A stretch of DNA of 29,221 bases from the NCBI GenBank assembly GCA_046758705.1, contig JBHIAT010000026.1, positions 1 through 29,221 on the forward strand, read 5' to 3'. Below are positions 8,055-16,024 of the stretch, one piece after another. The first letter of the stretch is position 1, and each line of letters begins with the position of its first letter. The notes beneath the pieces were generated by a model. The model was given only the letters and a program-made list of their open reading frames with translations, had not been told where the DNA came from and did not search any database. Source of the stretch: Candidatus Bipolaricaulia bacterium (GTDB lineage Bacteria; Bipolaricaulota; Bipolaricaulia; JBHIAT01). A program made the position numbers and the translations under genes.

Positions 8055-8240
8055 ACACCTTACTTGGCCGTACGGACTCGAACCGCGTCCTTTAGCTACT
8101 GGGAAAAAACCTCACCGGGGGGCGGTGAGAAAAACCCTGATAGCTGATGGGATTTGAACCCACACTATGGATGCACCATGCAGCGGCCAAGTACTACCCA
8201 AAAGGAGGTTATAACTGCTACGGCTACACGGCCTAGTCCG
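8014..8240 (-). ncRNA. Candidate structured tRNA-like ncRNA, family unassigned
   Basis: TATAAT at 8252-8247 upstream, terminator downstream, no credible ORF, multi-branch fold closed by a perfect 10-bp stem, two T-loop-type hairpins. Confidence 0.6.
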
Positions 8241-8349
8241 TTAGAAATTATACCCCAAACCGGGACTTTTTAGCCCCAGTTTAATTGCCGGATCTCGGTG
8301 TGCTATGTTAGATTTAAATTTGGGTATAATCTCTCAAAGGAGAGGGCTC

Positions 8350-9273
8350 GTGGATCGACAGCCAGTCTTTCTGCTTGTCAACCCGATCGCCGGCAAAGGG
8401 CGGACGCGTCGGCTCTTCCCTCGGATTCAGCGGGCGTTGTCCGACCGGGGGATCCGATTTGAATATCGGTGGACCACCGGCCCGGGGGAGGCAACTGAAC
8501 TCGCTAGAGATGCCGTCGGCGGGGGATTTGAGCGGATTGTCGCCGTCGGTGGGGACGGTACGATCCACGAGGTGGTCAACGGTATTCTGGAGAGGGAAAA
8601 GGAAAAGGAAAAGGAAAGGGAAACAGCCCTAGGGGTGATCCCGACCGGCAGCGGCAACGATTTTGTGAAGTCAGCCGGGATCCCGACCGATCCGTTCCGG
8701 GCGCTTGCTCTGGTCGAGAGTGGAATTGTGACGCGAATCGACGTCGGCCGGATAGGCAACCGCTACTTTGCCAACGGCCTCGGGATCGGCCTCGATGGGG
8801 CTGTGGCGGCACAGATGCGAAACATGCGGCTGCTACGTGGAGAGATCGCTTACCTGTATGCGACGGTGCGGCAGGTGCTGACATTCAAGAATTTTCCGAT
8901 TAAGATTGAGACACCGGAATGGAGCTATCAAGGGCGAAGTCTGCTGTTGGGGCTCTCTAACGGCCGATATCATGGCGGGGATTTCAAGCTCTGTCCGCAG
9001 GCCGCATCCGATGACGGATTGCTCGATCTCTACGTCTTTGAAGATCTGCCAGTGATTCAACGGCTGTGTCAGATTCCCAAAGTCCGCGTCGGTGAGCATA
9101 TGACACTCGAGGTCTTCCACCTCCACAAAACCCCCAAAGCCCGAATCTCGTCTCCCAAACCACTGATCGCCCATATGGACGGCGAACCGATGAGACTGTC
9201 AGGAGAGGCCTTCGAAGTAGAGGCCGTTCCTGAGGCGATTCGGGTCATCACTGAAAGGAGCCGATCGTCTTAA
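8350..9273 (+). CDS. Diacylglycerol/lipid kinase family protein (YegS/BmrU-like)
   Basis: VNPIAGKG, VGGDGTIHEVVNG, IPTGSGNDF, DDGLLD, HMDGE. Start placed at GTG 8350 after GGAGAGGG, with TATAAT at 8325-8330. Confidence 0.92.
   Translation: MDRQPVFLLVNPIAGKGRTRRLFPRIQRALSDRGIRFEYRWTTGPGEATELARDAVGGGFERIVAVGGDGTIHEVVNGILEREKEKEKERETALGVIPTGSGNDFVKSAGIPTDPFRALALVESGIVTRIDVGRIGNRYFANGLGIGLDGAVAAQMRNMRLLRGEIAYLYATVRQVLTFKNFPIKIETPEWSYQGRSLLLGLSNGRYHGGDFKLCPQAASDDGLLDLYVFEDLPVIQRLCQIPKVRVGEHMTLEVFHLHKTPKARISSPKPLIAHMDGEPMRLSGEAFEVEAVPEAIRVITERSRSS
8590..8622 (+). repeat. In-frame GAAAAG hexamer run encoding EREKEKEKERE
   Basis: gagagggaaaaggaaaaggaaaaggaaagggaa. Confidence 0.8.
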
Positions 9274-9308
9274 ACAGACCCCGTTTTTCGATCATCGCAA
9301 TCGCACTT

Positions 9309-10595
9309 TTGATCTGGTGCTTTGGCTCACTGGACGGCCGTTCGGACGCGCTCGATTACCGGGTCACGCTTATCGGAGATCACGCCGAAGTATACCTCAC
9401 TATGGAGATGAAGAGCGAGTCGCCGGTGAACCGGTTCCAGGCTGCGCTTCTACTGCCCGACAACGCAAACCAGGTCGTTTCGCTACGTGACAGGCAAGGA
9501 AAGATCGATGACTTCCGCGTAACCGGACAGACGTTGTCGTTCATTACCAACTTCTCCAATCCGAAGCGGATCGAGGTCGTGGAGATCAACATGAAGCTCG
9601 AGGATGTACGGGATGAGACGCTGGCCCCACTCTACGCTATGGAACTCTCGCTGCCCAGCTTCGAGACAGGTGAGACGAAAGTTCGGATCGAGGTTCCGGG
9701 GTTGAGGTTGATCTCGACTCAAGCCACGTTCGGATTCCAGATGACGTTGTCCGAAGACGCACTGCAATTTTCGGGACAGGGCCCCATCTGGTTCAAGATC
9801 TTTTATACGGACCGGGGGCAGGGGAAGACGTATGACCACTATGTGCTGTTCGGAACCCGGGAGATCGGCGAGGCGGACCGACTGTACCAGATCATTCCCC
9901 AAGTCCTCGGCCTCCATCCCCCGCTCCAAAGGTTTCCGGTGGTGATTCTGGAGGATGAGCGCTACAATCAGTTGGCCGACCCATGGAGCAACGGCACCTA
10001 TCGAGAGGGAGGGCTGATTCTGCTCAGAGATTCCCTGGAGGTCAATGATCGCACGGCGACCCTCATCCACGAGACGGTCCACGCCTTCAACGCCCAAATC
10101 ATGAATTGGAACACCTCTCAGATCGCCTGGTTCGACGAAGGGATCGCCGAGTACATCGAATCGCTGGTTAAAGGGAAGCTGGAGATTCTCAAGCCCAACC
10201 TGTTCATCGGTGAACAGATCTACTCCCGGGGGGGTCGTCAGTACGTTCTGTTCCCGAAGAGCAGTCTTGATAAGCTCTACCAGTATTATCGAAACGGACT
10301 GGACTTCATGCGCGATTGGGACCCGCGTACCAGCCGGGAACGGGAGTTCGGCTACGCGTTCAGCGAGTTGTTCATGCGCGATTACATCCACCGCAATGGC
10401 TATCGCAAGCTGCAACAGATCTATCGCCAGTTGGCAGGGGTCAAAGAGCCGGTCAGCAACGGTGATGAGTTCAATCGGATTTTGTTCTCCATTCTGGGCA
10501 TCCGGGAACTGAGACCGTGTTATGCCCAAATCAAGCGCGAGATCGAGCGGTGTGTGAACCGGATCAACGGCTATCATCTGGAGGTACCTCGGTAG
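9309..10595 (+). CDS. Secreted gluzincin (peptidase MA-like) zinc metallopeptidase
   Basis: HExxH (IHETVH) plus downstream WFDEGIAEY third ligand and a later GY motif. The true start is probably upstream. Confidence 0.8.
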   Translation: MIWCFGSLDGRSDALDYRVTLIGDHAEVYLTMEMKSESPVNRFQAALLLPDNANQVVSLRDRQGKIDDFRVTGQTLSFITNFSNPKRIEVVEINMKLEDVRDETLAPLYAMELSLPSFETGETKVRIEVPGLRLISTQATFGFQMTLSEDALQFSGQGPIWFKIFYTDRGQGKTYDHYVLFGTREIGEADRLYQIIPQVLGLHPPLQRFPVVILEDERYNQLADPWSNGTYREGGLILLRDSLEVNDRTATLIHETVHAFNAQIMNWNTSQIAWFDEGIAEYIESLVKGKLEILKPNLFIGEQIYSRGGRQYVLFPKSSLDKLYQYYRNGLDFMRDWDPRTSREREFGYAFSELFMRDYIHRNGYRKLQQIYRQLAGVKEPVSNGDEFNRILFSILGIRELRPCYAQIKREIERCVNRINGYHLEVPR

Positions 10596-10640
10596 TGGGT
10601 AATGGTAATGGTAGTGGTAGTAGTCATTAAAGGAGGGCTC

Positions 10641-12626
10641 ATGAGTCGCAATCCGATCGCCCAACTTTCCACTCTGATCGCTGTAGCGATGTTGATCTCG
10701 ATCCCGATAACCGCCACAGCTCAATCTGACTGGATCATCGAGCAGGACTCCACCGTTCTCTACTTCAAGGGAAACTGGGCCAAGGCCGTCGATGACGGGC
10801 AAAACCTGATCTGGGATTTGAGAATGGATCGAATCTACATGGTGGATTCTGCAAAGCAGGTTTACTGGACCGGGACGTTCGACGAGTTTGCCGAAGCGAT
10901 GGCTTCGGTCGTTCAGACCATGATGATGGCGTTCTTGGGCATGATGCCGCCTGAGGCGCCGGAGATGATGGAGGACCTGATGCCCTCGGAACCTATTGAG
11001 GTAATGGTCTCCGAGGTGAAGGTGGTGGAAAGTTCCGAGCGGGAGACGATCGCCGGCTATGAAGCGGTGAAGTACGAGGTCTTCAAAGATGGAGCGTTGT
11101 ACCAGGAGGTCTGGTTGGCCGAGGAGATCCCGATGGGACACTTCTTCATCAAGTTGGAAGAGTTCTCCACGAGGATACTCCAGGCCTTCGAAGCGATGTT
11201 CGTGGGACCTGAGGCCGGAACCATCACTGAACTCCCCGTTGAATCGACCGATGCCTATCAGAATCTCTTCCGATCAGGTTTTCCCCTGAGGATCGTGGAC
11301 TATGAGTCGGGCTTCGAAGAGCCGGAGATCACCGAGGTCACCCGAGTCGAACGGGTCGATCTCGATCCAAGCATCTTTGAAGTTCCCGAAGGGTATGCGG
11401 AGAACACGATTCTCGAAATATTAGGAATGGAAGGGTTCGAAGAGGAATTGAATGAGCAACCGGGACAGACAATTGGAGAGCTGGAGAAGGCATTAACTTC
11501 AGCTTTTGAAGAGATGGGTAATCAGATGGTAGAAGGGTTGCAGCAGCTATCCCAAGACCCGGATCAGGACCCGGACCCGGGTGTGCCCTCTCCCTCTCCC
11601 TCTCCCTCTCCCTCTCCCTCTCCCTCTCCCTCCTCGTCCGAGGCGCCTGTGGAACTCAACCCTGTACCCGTGACGTATCAGGTGCAGCTGGGAGATACGT
11701 TGTGGGAGATTGCTGTGCAATTCTACGGGGACGGAAACAAGTGGACGATGATCGCTGAAGCCAATGGAATCGATACAGCAAGACCCAGGTCCCTGCACAG
11801 AGGAGAGGTGTTAATCATCCCGCTGCCAGAGGCAAACGCAGTTCCTGCGTTGACCGAAGCGCTGGCGGAAAAGGATGAACGCGTGCCCGCATCCACGACG
11901 TATCGGGTACAATCGGGAGATACGTTGTGGGAGATTGCTGCGCGGTTCTACGGAGATGGAGACAAGTGGACAATGATCGCTGAAGCCAATGGAATCAGTG
12001 TGGGAACACCGAGATCCCTGCGCAGAGGGGAGTTGCTAACCATTCCGGCACCAGGGGCAGACATAGTCCCTGTCTTGCCCCGACAGGATGAGGATAGTGA
12101 AAGCGAAGCAACTGCTGCGATCAGCCCTGGTGTTCGGGAGGTCGTCCCCACTCTGGCCAAAGCCCTGAGGGATGCAGATTGGCGCGTGCGCACTGACGCC
12201 GCCAGGGCACTGGGGAAGATCGGCCCTGCCGCTCGGGACGCTGTCCCTGCTCTGGTTGAAGCACTCAACGACGCGGTCATGGACGTGCGCTGGCAAGCCG
12301 CCTGGGCGCTGGGGGAGATCGGCCCTGAGGCCCGGATCACCGTCCCCGCCTTGATCGAGGCCCTAAACGATGCGGAGGTGTTCGTACGCGCGGCCGCTGC
12401 CGGGGCATTGGGGAAAACCAGCTCGGACACCCGAGCTGTGGTTCCCGCCCTCGCCGAGGCCCTAAACGATGTGGACTGGCGCGTGCGTGCTAACGTCGCC
12501 AGGGCGTTGGGGAAGATCGGGCCTGCCGCCCGGGACGCCATCCCTGCGTTGACCGAAGCGCTAATGGATGAGCACAGACATGTACGCCAGATAGCCGCCG
12601 GGGCGCTCGAGAGTATCAGAGGGTGA
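10641..12626 (+). CDS. Secreted multidomain protein: signal peptide, DUF4412-like domain, (PS)n linker, 2 LysM, HEAT (PBS-lyase-like) repeats
   Basis: ATG 10641 after GGAGGG; ETIAGYEAVKY / EVWLA / GFPLR / SIFEVPEGY motifs; YQVQLGDTLWEIA and YRVQSGDTLWEIA LysMs; repeated L.D.D..VR..AA.ALG.IGP units. Confidence 0.85.
   Translation: MSRNPIAQLSTLIAVAMLISIPITATAQSDWIIEQDSTVLYFKGNWAKAVDDGQNLIWDLRMDRIYMVDSAKQVYWTGTFDEFAEAMASVVQTMMMAFLGMMPPEAPEMMEDLMPSEPIEVMVSEVKVVESSERETIAGYEAVKYEVFKDGALYQEVWLAEEIPMGHFFIKLEEFSTRILQAFEAMFVGPEAGTITELPVESTDAYQNLFRSGFPLRIVDYESGFEEPEITEVTRVERVDLDPSIFEVPEGYAENTILEILGMEGFEEELNEQPGQTIGELEKALTSAFEEMGNQMVEGLQQLSQDPDQDPDPGVPSPSPSPSPSPSPSPSSSEAPVELNPVPVTYQVQLGDTLWEIAVQFYGDGNKWTMIAEANGIDTARPRSLHRGEVLIIPLPEANAVPALTEALAEKDERVPASTTYRVQSGDTLWEIAARFYGDGDKWTMIAEANGISVGTPRSLRRGELLTIPAPGADIVPVLPRQDEDSESEATAAISPGVREVVPTLAKALRDADWRVRTDAARALGKIGPAARDAVPALVEALNDAVMDVRWQAAWALGEIGPEARITVPALIEALNDAEVFVRAAAAGALGKTSSDTRAVVPALAEALNDVDWRVRANVARALGKIGPAARDAIPALTEALMDEHRHVRQIAAGALESIRG
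11586..11633 (+). repeat. (CCCTCT)7 + CCCTCC microsatellite encoding (PS)8
   Basis: Directly visible in the sequence. Confidence 0.95.
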
Positions 12627-12674
12627 TAAAGAAGTCCGACGGTAGCTCAGTAAAGGTTGCGTAAGGAGATAACC

Positions 12675-14366
12675 ATGCTCCAAAGATTACTATCTCTTCT
12701 TATTCTTTTGATGTTTGGTGCATTCGGTTTATCTTATGCTCAAATTGATCAGACTTTACTCATTGAGGAAATCCTAGAACTATCTGGGATGAAAAAACAA
12801 ATTGAGCGGATTCCAGCGCGTGTTGATGCTGAACTCGCACAGCGCCAAACGGAGATGAATCGAGAAGATTATGAAAAAATTCGAAAAATTATGGTCGAAT
12901 CCTACCGATATGATGCGGTATATCGGGCTGTAGTTGATAAATTCACGGATAATTTTGATCAAATCCGTCTTTTAACCGTTTTAAACCAGCTACACTCTCC
13001 AGTATTCCAAAAGATATTCCAATTAGAAACACAGGCCTCAACTCTCGAGGCCATTCAGGAAATGGAAAAATTTGCCGCCCAACTGCAATCTAATCCACCA
13101 ACACAAGAACGCTTGGCTTTGGTTCAGAGGCTTGATGAAGCGACGGGTACCACAGAGTTATCTTTTGAAATGAGCCTGGCCATTTTTCGAGGGATGGTTA
13201 AGGCATTCGATCCAATCCTTCCTCCCGAAGAGCGTAAAGAATTAGAGGAATTAGAGCAATTGGTTAACGATATGGTCAATGATATGAGATCACAATTGCA
13301 ACCACTTCTGAAAAACAACACATGGGTCTCTTTTCTTTACACGTATCGTTCTGCCTCGGATGAGGAACTGACACAATATATTGATTTCTGGGAATCTGAT
13401 CTGGGTCAATGGTTTATTGGAGTTTCAAGTGCGGCCATTATAGAGGCAATGGGCACAGCGGCTGAAGAAGTAGGCACTCAGCTAGTGAAGGTATTACAGG
13501 AACAGGAGCAGCCAACCCAAGCCCGGAGCGCGGCCCTTGTCTTGCCTCAAGCGTTGGAAGATAAGGACGAACGCGTGCGTCCAGCTGCCGCTGAGACGTC
13601 TGTGAATATCAGTTCCGAGCCCACAAGGTACCGGGTGCAACCGGGAGATTCTCTGTGGAAGATTGCTGTACAGTTCTACGGGGATGGAGACAAGTGGACG
13701 GTGATCGCTGAAGTCAATGGAATCAGTGTAGGAACGCCGAGATCCTTGCGTAGAGGAGAAGTGTTAATCATCCCAGATCTACAGGCGGACACGGTCCTGG
13801 CTTCGCCCCAAGCGCTGGAAGATGAGGACGAACGCGTGCGTCCACCTGCCGGCTCTGATGTCCTGACCCCAGTCTCCACTCTGGCCAAGGCCCTGAGAGA
13901 TGCAGACTGGCGTGTGCGTGCTGACGCTGCCGGGGCGCTGGGGAGGATGGGCCCTGCCACCCGGGACGCCGTCCCTGCGCTGGTTGAAGCACTTAACGAT
14001 ACGAACCTGGATGTGCGTTGGCAAGCCGCCTGGGCACTAGGGGAGATCGATCCTGACGCTCGGGAGGCCGTCCCTGCGTTGATCGAAGCGCTACAGGATG
14101 TGGAGGTGTTCGTACGCGCGGCCGCCGCTGGGGCATTGGGGAAAATCGGGCCTGCTACCGCTCAAGATGCGATCCTCGCTCTGACCGAGGCATTGCAGGA
14201 TACGGACTGGCGTGTGCGCGCTAACGCTGCCGGGGCGTTGGGGAAGATCGGGCCTGCCGCCCGGGACGCCGTCCCTGCGTTGACCGAAGCGCTGACGGAT
14301 GAGCACGAACATGTACGCCAGGTAGCCGCCGGGGCGCTCGAGAGTATCAGGAGAGGGCAGGAGTAA
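12675..14366 (+). CDS. Secreted multidomain protein: signal peptide, helical DUF2059-like domain, LysM, HEAT repeats
   Basis: ATG 12675 after AAGGAG; ILELSGM, YTYRSASDEELTQYIDFWESDLGQWF; YRVQPGDSLWKIA LysM; HEAT block closely similar to the upstream gene. Confidence 0.85.
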   Translation: MLQRLLSLLILLMFGAFGLSYAQIDQTLLIEEILELSGMKKQIERIPARVDAELAQRQTEMNREDYEKIRKIMVESYRYDAVYRAVVDKFTDNFDQIRLLTVLNQLHSPVFQKIFQLETQASTLEAIQEMEKFAAQLQSNPPTQERLALVQRLDEATGTTELSFEMSLAIFRGMVKAFDPILPPEERKELEELEQLVNDMVNDMRSQLQPLLKNNTWVSFLYTYRSASDEELTQYIDFWESDLGQWFIGVSSAAIIEAMGTAAEEVGTQLVKVLQEQEQPTQARSAALVLPQALEDKDERVRPAAAETSVNISSEPTRYRVQPGDSLWKIAVQFYGDGDKWTVIAEVNGISVGTPRSLRRGEVLIIPDLQADTVLASPQALEDEDERVRPPAGSDVLTPVSTLAKALRDADWRVRADAAGALGRMGPATRDAVPALVEALNDTNLDVRWQAAWALGEIDPDAREAVPALIEALQDVEVFVRAAAAGALGKIGPATAQDAILALTEALQDTDWRVRANAAGALGKIGPAARDAVPALTEALTDEHEHVRQVAAGALESIRRGQE

Positions 14367-14405
14367 GGAAGCCCGACTGTTGTTTAGCTTCACTAGCGTC
14401 GCTTC

Positions 14406-14969
14406 CTATCGGGTGATCACTCCCGGCTTCAGGGCGACGATGTGGGGAAGGTTTCGGTACTTCTCAGCATAGTCCATCCCGTAGCCAACGACGAACAGGT
14501 CCTCCTCCACGGTGAATCCGACGTAATCGATCGACATATCGACCTGGCGTCTCGGGGTTTTATTGATGAGGATACATTTGCGAATCGTGCTCGGTTCCCT
14601 CGCCAGCAAACTCTGACACAGATAGCGCAGCGTGTTCCCAGTGTCAATGATATCGTCCACGATCAGGACGTTCCGCCCACCGATCGGGCGATCCAGGTCC
14701 CGAATCAGCCGGACCGCACCCGGCCGTGACGCATCCCCGTAACTGGAGATCGAGATGAAGTCATACTCGATCGGGATATCTACAGCCCGCATCAGGTCTG
14801 CCATAAACGTCACCGCTCCGCGCAACAAACAGACGGCGATCAGTAGCTGGCCGTCAGACGAGTTCTCCAGAAGCTCCTGGTAATCCTCAGTAATCTGCCT
14901 CCCGAGCTCCCTGACCCGATCCTGGATCTGCTTCTCATCAAAGATGATGTAATCGATATCCTCATGCAA
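14406..14969 (-). CDS. hpt: Hypoxanthine phosphoribosyltransferase
   Basis: LLRGAVTFMADL, ISSY, VLIVDDIIDTGNTL, FVVGYGMDYAEKYRNLP. Confidence 0.95.
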   Translation of the reverse strand: MHEDIDYIIFDEKQIQDRVRELGRQITEDYQELLENSSDGQLLIAVCLLRGAVTFMADLMRAVDIPIEYDFISISSYGDASRPGAVRLIRDLDRPIGGRNVLIVDDIIDTGNTLRYLCQSLLAREPSTIRKCILINKTPRRQVDMSIDYVGFTVEEDLFVVGYGMDYAEKYRNLPHIVALKPGVITR

Positions 14970-14975
14970 CGAAAA

Positions 14976-16019
14976 TCAACTCCTCTGGGCCATCTCTCGT
15001 TTGAACGCTTCAATGATCTCCACCGGTGTGGGATCTATCTCGTTGAGAATCGCCAAATAGACGCTCACAAAATCCCCCAGATAGATCTGCGAATAGATTT
15101 GGGCGACCTCCGAGTCCCCTTCCGCCTGGATCTGTTGGAGCGGGATTCCGTGATCGTACAGTATTGACTTCATGATCTCGATCCGCCTCCGGTTCCGATC
15201 GAAATCGTAATCGTTGCAGAGTAGGATCACGGTTGCGTTCGGCATAAGCTTTTCCATCAGGGTCAGCCCGGTGATCTCGTTGTGGTTGAGTTCCGGGAGG
15301 AAGTTCCAGAAGGCCGGTTGTTTGCTGTTCTCATTGAGCTGAGCCTTCCAGCGTTGTGCGACAACGTCGGTGTTATCAGCCGTGCCGTAGATCAACGGTA
15401 CCTGACCCAGGAGCTCCTTAGCGAGCGATTTGGCCGGATTTTCAGCGTTCGGAACCGACGGCCCCAGCTCACCGGCCATCTGCTCTAAGGTCTCAACTAA
15501 TTGCTCCAGTGCATCTGCGGGAATCGAAGTCATCCCCAGTTGAGTACACACCCACAGCAGCGGGAGTGACAGGTAGCCGAGCGCTGCCCTCGGCTGGAGG
15601 CCGGCCGGGATCTTGATGAATGGCAGTCCTTCCCGCTCACATATCCGCTGCAACTCGCCACCGCTTGAAATGCAGATCACCTGCCCCCCTCGCTGCAGCC
15701 CATCCTGCAGCGCACTCAGGGTCTCCTCGGTGTTCCCCGAGTAGCTGACGGCCAGCAGGAGCGTGTGATCGTCGGCAAACTCAGGGAGCTGGTAGTTGCG
15801 GCAGACTGAGACCGGTCGGATTGCGAACCGCTTGATCAGGTCACCGGTGATTCCCGAGCCCCCCATCCCCAGGACGATGATCTCGTCGATCCCGGTCTTC
15901 AACCCTTCAGGGATTTGAAATCGGGCACCGATCCCCAGGGCTGTCCGGCATTGCTCGGGGAACCGCTTCAGAATTCCCAGCATCCCCTGAGAGTCGTAGC
16001 ACTCGAATTCCTCGTTCAA
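14976..16019 (-). CDS. Bifunctional phosphoglucose/phosphomannose isomerase (SIS fold)
   Basis: GMGGSG, SYSGNTEET, QPRAALGY, RWKAQLNENSK, PELNHNE, DPTPV. Confidence 0.93.
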   Translation of the reverse strand: MNEEFECYDSQGMLGILKRFPEQCRTALGIGARFQIPEGLKTGIDEIIVLGMGGSGITGDLIKRFAIRPVSVCRNYQLPEFADDHTLLLAVSYSGNTEETLSALQDGLQRGGQVICISSGGELQRICEREGLPFIKIPAGLQPRAALGYLSLPLLWVCTQLGMTSIPADALEQLVETLEQMAGELGPSVPNAENPAKSLAKELLGQVPLIYGTADNTDVVAQRWKAQLNENSKQPAFWNFLPELNHNEITGLTLMEKLMPNATVILLCNDYDFDRNRRRIEIMKSILYDHGIPLQQIQAEGDSEVAQIYSQIYLGDFVSVYLAILNEIDPTPVEIIEAFKREMAQRS

Positions 16020-16024
16020 CCCTG

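Noticed and set aside
8061-8240. tmRNA or canonical tRNA call for the structured region
   Set aside because: No GGG acceptor stem with G3-U70, no CCA, no Ala-ending tag ORF after ATAACT, and no standard D arm.
10602-10640. MVMVVVVVIKGGL N-terminal extension
   Set aside because: It is a translation of the GGTAAT/GGTAGT repeat; the SD and signal peptide support ATG 10641.
9483-11141. 552-aa minus-strand ORF
   Set aside because: It lies antisense to two well-supported genes and has no recognisable motifs.
12148-14350. Periodic DNA repeats as a CRISPR-like array
   Set aside because: They are in-frame HEAT coding repeats with synonymous variation.
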